Source: a virus
Taxonomy: Duplodnaviria > Heunggongvirae > Uroviricota > Caudoviricetes
IMG/VR virus record: IMGVR_UViG_2531839477_000015
Location: 1-18,808 of that record
Length of the DNA: 18,808 nt
Strand: one strand, 5' to 3'
The first letter of the stretch is position 1; each line of letters starts with the position of its first letter. Shown in pieces: positions 8,342 through 13,648 of the stretch. Under the pieces are notes generated by a model. That model saw only the letters and a list, made by a program, of their open reading frames with translations. It was not told the DNA's origin and did no database searches. Made by a program: the position numbers and the translations under genes.

Positions 8342-8370
8342 AAAAAAATTGCCCTCACATTGGAGGGCAA
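8342..8370 (-). terminator. Intrinsic terminator (tL-type) on the minus strand
   Basis: Minus-strand RNA UUGCCCUC-CAAUGU-GAGGGCAA followed by UUUUUUU; stem 8351-8356/8363-8368, U-run from plus A-run 8342-8348. Confidence 0.6.
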
Positions 8371-8430
8371 AGAAGATTTCCAATAATCAGAACAAGTCGG
8401 CTCCTGTTTAGTTACGAGCGACATTGCTCC

Positions 8431-8458
8431 GTGTATTCACTCGTTGGAATGAATACAC
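8431..8458. repeat. Inverted repeat (9-bp arms GTGTATTCA/TGAATACAC, 10-nt spacer)
   Basis: Perfect 9-bp inverted repeat directly 3' of the 156-aa gene stop; no U-tract follows. Confidence 0.5.
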
Positions 8459-8472
8459 AGTGCTTATTCGTA

Positions 8473-8943
8473 CTAATAAAACACCCAGTTTTCTGTTTCT
8501 TGGTTGTGTCCAAAGTTATATTCAATATCTGGTGTTGATGTATCAATATTCTTAATCCCATCAACAAGAGTTGATACAACAGCCAAATCTTGTTTGATTC
8601 TCATCAAATGGTATTTCTTCCGGCGCAATAAACTTTCAATGGCAAGTTTCTTCGTCGGGAACGCAAAAGATCTTTCTGCATTTTTTGCTACTTTCTTAAT
8701 TGCATATCTATTTCTCCTTTGTTTCCATTCCTGTAACCACTGATTTGGTGCTGGTTTAAAATTAACAATCCAATGCGCAGGAACCAACCATGCATAATGC
8801 TCTGTCTGATGAAAAGCTATATATTGAAGTGCGCATATTTTTATCCCATCTTCTTCAACTGTCGCCTGGAATCTCCAGAAAACAGGCATTCCATCATGTT
8901 CAGTTTCTGATTCAGGAAAAGGTACGCTCCATGATTTTGTCAT
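8473..8943 (-). CDS. Hypothetical protein (156 aa), N-proximal moron
   Basis: ATG 8941-8943 with GAGGTGA upstream; no motif recognised; a 60-nt sample (8701-8760) counts 37% GC versus 55% in a 60-nt int sample (1441-1500). Confidence 0.6.
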   Translation of the reverse strand: MTKSWSVPFPESETEHDGMPVFWRFQATVEEDGIKICALQYIAFHQTEHYAWLVPAHWIVNFKPAPNQWLQEWKQRRNRYAIKKVAKNAERSFAFPTKKLAIESLLRRKKYHLMRIKQDLAVVSTLVDGIKNIDTSTPDIEYNFGHNQETENWVFY

Positions 8944-8997
8944 ATCTCACCTCAAATAAGTGGTTTGCTGCGAAAATAAATCCGCTTAAGTTACCTG

Positions 8998-9135
8998 TTA
9001 TTTATCCCACCAAGTTCCGGATCTATCTATCCAGTTACACCAATCATCGACACTCCATTTTGTTGTGTCGCATTTTGGCAACTGGCATGAATATCTACCT
9101 TCTTTGTAAAGTCGGCGTTTGACTTTCTTGAGCAT
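8998..9135 (-). CDS. Small Cys-containing ORF (45 aa)
   Basis: Not in the track. ATG 9133-9135 with GAGGTGA upstream; translation MLKKVKRRLYKEGRYSCQLPKCDTTKWSVDDWCNWIDRSGTWWDK. Confidence 0.3.
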   Translation of the reverse strand: MLKKVKRRLYKEGRYSCQLPKCDTTKWSVDDWCNWIDRSGTWWDK

Positions 9136-9143
9136 GGCTCACC

Positions 9144-9449
9144 TCAATCGTAATAAGCTGGAATTGATTTTCCGCGTTGCTTCTGGCGGCCTGAACAAGT
9201 CACACCCATTTCACTGCGTGGCTTGCGGTAGTAAATACGGTTCTGTTTACGCTCGACTTCTTCTGCCTTCTTGCAGCGAAGGCTTCCGAGTGATGCTGCT
9301 TTATCTGCTCTGACGCAACCAGAGAGCTTTAGCGCAATTTTTCGTGCCAGTCGCTGCTCTTGCATTGCCTGTTCACGTTGATCCTGTCTGCGTGCTCTGC
9401 GGCGATTTCTGGCGTTATCGTCAGCCAGATATGTAATGACTACTGTCAT
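9144..9449 (-). CDS. N: Antitermination protein N
   Basis: N-terminal arginine-rich motif NARNRRRARRQDQREQ and C-terminus KPRSEMGVTCSGRQKQRGKSIP matching lambda N (...KPGERGITCSGRQKIKGKSIP); GGAGG 5 nt upstream; nutL lies in its leader. Confidence 0.85.
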   Translation of the reverse strand: MTVVITYLADDNARNRRRARRQDQREQAMQEQRLARKIALKLSGCVRADKAASLGSLRCKKAEEVERKQNRIYYRKPRSEMGVTCSGRQKQRGKSIPAYYD

Positions 9450-9557
9450 GTTGACCTCCGATGATTGACTTTGGCGGTGACGCGCCGGGTGCTTATCTTC
9501 CGGTTGCCGTCGTGCAGCTGCACTTCACGTCACCCCAAAACCAACTACTCTTTGGTT

Positions 9558-9598
9558 CCCGCATTTCGGCGGGACAATCCCATCAATGTTAAAGAGCC
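9558..9598 (-). promoter_or_regulatory. nutL (boxA GCTCTTTAACA + boxB hairpin CCCGC-CGAAAT-GCGGG)
   Basis: Read on the minus strand: boxA at plus 9587-9597 and boxB at plus 9558-9573; the boxB 16-mer is identical to the one downstream of cro. Confidence 0.7.
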
Positions 9599-9644
9599 TG
9601 CCAATATGTTCCGTTTGGCTACCAAACGTCCTGCTGATGGCTAA

Positions 9645-9673
9645 AGAATACTGTAGGTATTTTATTGTGTAAA
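9645..9673 (-). promoter_or_regulatory. pL promoter (putative)
   Basis: On the minus strand: -35 TTTACA (plus 9668-9673), 17-bp spacer, -10 TATTCT (plus 9645-9650); overlaps the two operator palindromes. Confidence 0.5.
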
Positions 9674-9731
9674 TACCCAAGGTATTTATTTTTGATGAAA
9701 TAATGATAAGCAAATGAATACAAAGGATATT
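9646..9731. promoter_or_regulatory. OL operators (2 clear + 1 degenerate site)
   Basis: AATAC-N5-GTATT at 9647-9661 and 9672-9686 (the latter a perfect 17-bp palindrome AAATACC-CAA-GGTATTT); weaker AATAC-N5-ATATT at 9717-9731. Confidence 0.6.
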
Positions 9732-9817
9732 TATTTTTTCGGTGTCTGCTTGTTCAGTGCTTTTTATGCGGGATATGTGAAGTGGATCCCGATAGCTATT
9801 GCTGCCGGGATTATAGG

Positions 9818-10186
9818 TTAGTCAGCGAAGGTTAAGACGAGAATTACCTTAATGATATCTGCTACAACAGACACGGCCATAGATAAACCAAAGACAATCC
9901 AAGCCATATAGATGTCTTCACTACCATCGTATAGAGTTCCGTAATCACTGGTGTAAGGCGTAAATGTCGCGCCTTGATACAACAGGTATAAGCTTGAACC
10001 ATAGAGGATAAATGCAGATATCCCTTGTATTGCTATGATCACTAGAATCATGAAACGAGCTGATCTATGCGCCCAAGCCTGGCTTATTTTTTCTGATAGA
10101 GATTTCGCAATAAAAGCATGCGCTAAGCCGTAAATTGTCGAGATTGCCAACATCCCAAAAAAGCTTGCTATAGCGGTTCCAACCAT
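9818..10186 (-). CDS. Small polytopic membrane protein in the rex position (downstream of cI)
   Basis: Start trimmed to ATG 10184-10186 (MVGTAIASFFGML...) with AAGGGG upstream (the track start is TTG); three or four hydrophobic helices; no recognised family. Confidence 0.65.
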   Translation of the reverse strand: MVGTAIASFFGMLAISTIYGLAHAFIAKSLSEKISQAWAHRSARFMILVIIAIQGISAFILYGSSLYLLYQGATFTPYTSDYGTLYDGSEDIYMAWIVFGLSMAVSVVADIIKVILVLTFAD

Positions 10187-10203
10187 AATCGCCCCTTGCG
10201 TGA

Positions 10204-10920
10204 TCAAACCAGCCTTAGTTTTGTCTCAATTGCAACGCCTATAATCTTGCAGTTTCCATTGATTGGCACGAGAGGCCATGCAGGATTAAGTCCCTTGAGG
10301 TATTTATTTCCGCCGTCGATTATCAGCTTCTTGAATGTTGCTTCGTTAGAGTCAGAAAGTTTTGCTATGACCAAGCTGCCGTTGATCGCCTCCCTTCCGG
10401 TATCGAAAAGAACGAATGTTCCCTCTGGAATGCTTAACCCAACCGGTGCCGTCATTGAATCACCTTCCACTTTAAGCCAGAACGCATTACCTTGAATATG
10501 CGCGTCAGACTCAAGCCAAACATCTATGTCTTTAATGGTGTATGGTTCGCATGCTTCACACCACGAGCCAGCCTGGATACTGCTTAACACCGGATACCTC
10601 TTTCCTGCTCTGTATTCCCCTGCATACCTTACGTTGGCATCGCTCTTAAGGCTTTCTGCCTGTTCTGCAACCTTGGCAGCAATTGACTGGCTAAAATCAG
10701 CAATTGAGACTTGCAACAGTCGTGCAAAACCAGATGCAACCTCAACGTTTAGCGCGTTTCTGCCATTAAGATAATGCCCTACCGCTCCTTGGGTGATACC
10801 CAGTTCATCCGCGATTGAGTATTGGGTTATCCCCAATTCTTTCTTTTTTGACTCATACAAAGCCTTAAGCCGCTTAGCGTCTTCGAGCTGTTCTGTCGTC
10901 AGTGATTTTTTATTTTCCAT
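10204..10920 (-). CDS. cI: CI-type prophage repressor (HTH + LexA/S24-like autocleavage domain)
   Basis: N-terminus LTTEQLEDAKRLKALYESKKKELGITQYSIADELGITQGAVGHY parallels lambda CI; C-terminal domain with conserved Ser/Lys context (WLKVEGDSMTAP ... TFKKLI); divergent from cro across the operators. Confidence 0.93.
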   Translation of the reverse strand: MENKKSLTTEQLEDAKRLKALYESKKKELGITQYSIADELGITQGAVGHYLNGRNALNVEVASGFARLLQVSIADFSQSIAAKVAEQAESLKSDANVRYAGEYRAGKRYPVLSSIQAGSWCEACEPYTIKDIDVWLESDAHIQGNAFWLKVEGDSMTAPVGLSIPEGTFVLFDTGREAINGSLVIAKLSDSNEATFKKLIIDGGNKYLKGLNPAWPLVPINGNCKIIGVAIETKLRLV

Positions 10921-10931
10921 AGCTTAATTCT

Positions 10932-10996
10932 AATAGCTAAGGTACTTAAACTAAAAATACCCTGAGTATTGATTGCTTTGAATACCTGTAGTATTC
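10932..10996. promoter_or_regulatory. OR operators (OR3-OR2-OR1) with divergent pRM and pR
   Basis: AATAC-N5-GTATT at 10956-10970 and 10981-10995, degenerate AATAG-N5-GTACT at 10932-10946; centre spacing 24-25 bp; possible leaderless pRM with -10 TAGAAT (plus 10927-10932) about 7 nt before the cI ATG. Confidence 0.6.
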
Positions 10997-10997
10997 T
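10969..10997 (+). promoter_or_regulatory. pR promoter (putative)
   Basis: -35 TTGATT (10969-10974), 17-bp spacer, -10 TATTCT (10992-10997), the same -10 hexamer as pL; overlaps OR1/OR2. Confidence 0.55.
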
Positions 10998-11026
10998 TTG
11001 TTCATGGTTAATAACGGAGAGTGCAT

Positions 11027-11221
11027 ATGATTCGAATGACACTTGCCGATTACGCCAAAATCCATGGACAGGCTAAAGCAGCCAGTGACTTTGGTGTAAT
11101 CCAGTGCGCTATCAGCAAGGCCATTCTGGCAGGCCGTAACATTATGGTTACGGTAAAGCCTGATGGCAGTGTGATTGGAGAGGAGGTTCGTCCTTTCCCA
11201 AGCAACAAGAAAAACAAATAG
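11027..11221 (+). CDS. cro: Cro repressor
   Basis: [33 protein letters not shown]...[13 protein letters not shown] parallels lambda Cro (…YQSAINKAI…EEVKPFPSNKK); ATG 11027 with ACGGAGAG upstream. Confidence 0.85.
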   Translation: MIRMTLADYAKIHGQAKAASDFGVIQCAISKAILAGRNIMVTVKPDGSVIGEEVRPFPSNKKNK

Positions 11222-11227
11222 TAACAC

Positions 11228-11270
11228 CGCTCTTTAACAGTCATGGTCCTCATTCCCGCCGAAATGCGGG
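11228..11270 (+). promoter_or_regulatory. nutR (boxA CGCTCTTTAACA + boxB CCCGC-CGAAAT-GCGGG)
   Basis: boxA 11228-11239 matches the boxA consensus; boxB hairpin 11255-11270; located 7 nt after the cro stop. Confidence 0.75.
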
Positions 11271-11329
11271 AATACAACGCGCATCAGTTGGTGCGCATAA
11301 CTTCTTATTTGTTAAGGAAATACTTACAT

Positions 11330-11608
11330 ATGCAACTTACAAGTACTCGCAAGAAAGCGAATGCAATTACAAGCAACATCCTAAATCGAATTGCTGTACG
11401 TGGTCAGCGAAAGGTTGCTGATGCATTAGGGATCAATGAATCACAAATTTCGCGATGGAAAGACAGCTTTATCCCAAAGATGGCCATGCTTCTGGCTGTT
11501 CTTGAATGGGGAGTTGTTGATGATGAGATGGCGAGACTTGCTCAGCAGGTGGCATCGATTCTCACAAAAGAAAAACGCCCAGCTGTTGGTAGCAGTCTGG
11601 ACGCTTAA
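11330..11608 (+). CDS. cII: CII transcriptional activator
   Basis: Start trimmed to ATG 11330 (upstream AAGGAAATACTTACATATG matches the lambda cII initiation region as recalled); ...SQISRWKDSFIPKMAMLLAVLEWGVVDDEMARLAQQVASILT parallels lambda CII. Confidence 0.9.
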   Translation: MQLTSTRKKANAITSNILNRIAVRGQRKVADALGINESQISRWKDSFIPKMAMLLAVLEWGVVDDEMARLAQQVASILTKEKRPAVGSSLDA

Positions 11609-11668
11609 GCACACTGTGTTACGCCAAGTAACAGGAGTAATTATGCCAGGACAAACCAAGCAAGTAAA
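11567..11668 (-). ncRNA. OOP-like antisense RNA (putative)
   Basis: Minus-strand hairpin CGUCCAG...CUGGGCG + UUUUUCUUUU inside the cII 3' end (plus about 11570-11600), analogous to the lambda oop terminator; possible promoter -35 TTGTCA (plus 11687-11692) and -10 TTTACT (plus 11663-11668). Confidence 0.3.
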
Positions 11669-12047
11669 CACCGGCATAAAGGCCGGTGACAAGTTCGAAA
11701 CCGTATATCCATTTATCTTCGTATGCACAGATTATCAGTCTTATGACGGCAACGTGCATACCGATGAGCGCTGGATTGGCGGTTGTCACAAAAATTATGA
11801 GCCAGCCGATTGTGGTTATGGTGATCAGTGTTTTTACACCGCTGATGCTGAAGGAAAGAGAATTCTTGAGGTTCTGGCAGTGGTGGAAATGCCAGGCAAC
11901 TGGCAGCGCAGAATCATTTATTCGTGCCACCTCATAGAGCCTGAAGGCAAGGAGAGGAAAGGAAGGAAGGCTTACACAGTCACCGAATCAAGGTTTTTAA
12001 AAATGTCTACTGGTTACTTCGCTGATTACGAAGTAGAGGAGGCTTAA
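11643..12047 (+). CDS. Hypothetical Cys-rich protein (134 aa) inserted between cII and O
   Basis: ATG 11643 with AGGAG 5 nt upstream (the track ORF is over-extended into cII); Cys/His-rich segment [40 protein letters not shown]; no family recognised. Confidence 0.6.
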   Translation: MPGQTKQVNTGIKAGDKFETVYPFIFVCTDYQSYDGNVHTDERWIGGCHKNYEPADCGYGDQCFYTADAEGKRILEVLAVVEMPGNWQRRIIYSCHLIEPEGKERKGRKAYTVTESRFLKMSTGYFADYEVEEA

Positions 12048-12193
12048 TGACAAAACCACTCAGTCCTTACCAGGACAAAATTCACAAACACATACTACGT
12101 GATCGCTTCCTGTCCAGCTTCAAGCAGCCTGGTCGATTCCGGGCTGAGTTGGAAAAAGTGAAGCTGATGCAGAAGGAGAAAGGTCATGAGTAA
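12047..12193 (+). CDS. Small ORF (48 aa), translationally coupled
   Basis: Not in the track. ATG 12047 overlaps the upstream stop (TAATG) with GAGGAGG 5 nt upstream; translation [48 protein letters not shown]; 3' end overlaps the O-like start. Confidence 0.4.
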   Translation: MTKPLSPYQDKIHKHILRDRFLSSFKQPGRFRAELEKVKLMQKEKGHE

Positions 12194-13046
12194 TCTTGCA
12201 ACCGTAACACATTTAAGGCCTTCACAACGGCCTGTGGAGCGTCGTGTGGCAGAAGTTGAAGATGGTTATACCCGTCTTGCAAATGCCCTGTATGAAGAGC
12301 TTATCGGCGCAGATTTAACGAAAAATCAGAGCAAGGTTGCCCACGCCATATGCCGTAAAACATACGGCTACGGTAAAAAGATGGATCGCATCTCTGATAG
12401 TCAGTTAGCTCAAATTACCAGGCTGCCAAGACAGAAGGTAAACAAGGCCAAGAATGAGCTTATCGCGATGAAGGTTATCCTTCGCGAAGGCCAGCAAATC
12501 GGGCCTAACAAGAACATCGAGGAATGGCAAATAGAAGGGTGTCACTACTCTGGTGATAATGTCACTGCATTGGTGACAAAAAGTGTCACCAAAACGGTGA
12601 CAGCGCTGTCACCAAAACAGGGACACACAAAAGAAACTATTACAAAAGAAAAAAGAAATAATAAAAACACTATGTCCGAAAGTGTTCGGACGGAGTGTGA
12701 AAAATCACATGACCGTCACGAAGAAACCGACAAGGCATTCGAGGAAATATTCTGGTGTGCAGGCATGCGGAAAGCCGGGAAGAAAAACGCAGCTTCGGCA
12801 TTCAGAACACAGTTCAGGGAATGGCGTAAAACTACCAGGGGTACGGCAAGCGAGTTTGCCACGATGCTGGCAGAAGACATCGCATGCAGGAATGGTAAGC
12901 AGTTCGGATTCGACAGGTTGTTACCATCGAGCTACCTGAACGGTCAACGCTGGAACGACGAGAAGCCAGAAACTATTCAACCACAATCCAAACCATCATC
13001 CGCAATCACCGTATCGAAAACTGGCTACGTGTTTTTCGACAGGTGA
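12186..13046 (+). CDS. Replication initiator, lambda O-like N-terminal domain with unrelated C-terminal domain
   Basis: N-terminal region [58 protein letters not shown]...GPNKNIEEW parallels lambda O; iterons inside the gene; C-terminal half not O-like. Confidence 0.85.
   Translation: MSNLATVTHLRPSQRPVERRVAEVEDGYTRLANALYEELIGADLTKNQSKVAHAICRKTYGYGKKMDRISDSQLAQITRLPRQKVNKAKNELIAMKVILREGQQIGPNKNIEEWQIEGCHYSGDNVTALVTKSVTKTVTALSPKQGHTKETITKEKRNNKNTMSESVRTECEKSHDRHEETDKAFEEIFWCAGMRKAGKKNAASAFRTQFREWRKTTRGTASEFATMLAEDIACRNGKQFGFDRLLPSSYLNGQRWNDEKPETIQPQSKPSSAITVSKTGYVFFDR
12551..12672. repeat. Putative ori: iteron cluster plus AT-rich tract inside the O-like gene
   Basis: Six alternating copies of GGTGACA/TGTCACC-type heptamers between 12551 and 12622 (tggtgataa, tgtcactgc, ttggtgacaaaaa, gtgtcaccaaaac, ggtgacagcgc, tgtcaccaaaac), followed by the A-rich tract 12628-12672. 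Confidence 0.6.
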
Positions 13047-13153
13047 ACCATGAAATCAAAAATCAAATCGCTACTGGTCGCTGGTTATAACCACGGCTGG
13101 TTAAGTATTTCGTTTGTCGATTTCTGGTTTAAAAATCTCAATCTGAGGGAATC

Positions 13154-13648
13154 ATGATGAGCCTTGAAGTTGGAGAATATATACCTGGTTATGAGGGTAA
13201 ATACTCTGTAACCAAAGACGGTCGTGTTTATTCACATTTAAGAGGCAGGTTTTTGAATCCATCTCCGGATAACAAGGGTTATCTAAGAGTCACTTTGTGT
13301 TCCGATGGGATTCAGAAGACGTTAAAAGTTCATCGTCTTGTAGCTCAATTATTTATCCCAAATCCGTATTGCAAGCCAGAAGTAAATCATATCAACGGCG
13401 ACAAATCGGATAACGCCATTTGGAACTTGGAATGGTGTACCTGCTCAGAGAATTTAAAACATGCTTTTAGCATCGGACTGAAAAGCGCAAAGGGAGTTTT
13501 TAATGGTAGGGCAAAACTATCTGAAACTGATGTGATTGATATCAGGAATTCTGTTGGTATGAAACTAAGCGAACTATCCACTAAATACGGAGTGAGTGAA
13601 ATGCAAATTTCCACAATCCGCAGAGGAAACGCATGGAGGCACCTTTGA
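13154..13648 (+). CDS. HNH homing-type endonuclease (NUMOD4-like N-terminus, HNH_3 core, C-terminal HTH)
   Basis: YIPGYEGKYSVTKDGRVYS...HRLVAQLFIPNP...VNHINGDKSDNAIWNLEWCTCSEN; by-eye AT-rich; sits between the O-like gene and the primase-helicase. Confidence 0.8.
   Translation: MMSLEVGEYIPGYEGKYSVTKDGRVYSHLRGRFLNPSPDNKGYLRVTLCSDGIQKTLKVHRLVAQLFIPNPYCKPEVNHINGDKSDNAIWNLEWCTCSENLKHAFSIGLKSAKGVFNGRAKLSETDVIDIRNSVGMKLSELSTKYGVSEMQISTIRRGNAWRHL

Noticed and set aside
9735-9817. Hairpin ATCCCG...CGGGAT downstream of the rex-position gene as an immunity-region terminator
   Set aside because: No U-tract follows on the transcribed strand; it may be a rho-dependent or structural element but cannot be called an intrinsic terminator.
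11436-11642. N-terminal extension of the 203-aa track ORF into cII
   Set aside because: It overlaps cII in another frame; a strong AGGAG-ATG start at 11643 gives a non-overlapping 134-aa gene.
12551-12622. Repeat cluster considered as a CRISPR array
   Set aside because: Units are about 7-13 bp in alternating orientation inside a replication initiator gene, with no regular repeat-spacer periodicity and no cas genes; consistent with ori iterons.
13050-13157. 35-aa ORF between the O-like gene and the HNH gene
   Set aside because: Very short, hydrophobic and low-complexity; it may be real but the evidence is only an AGGTGA match.
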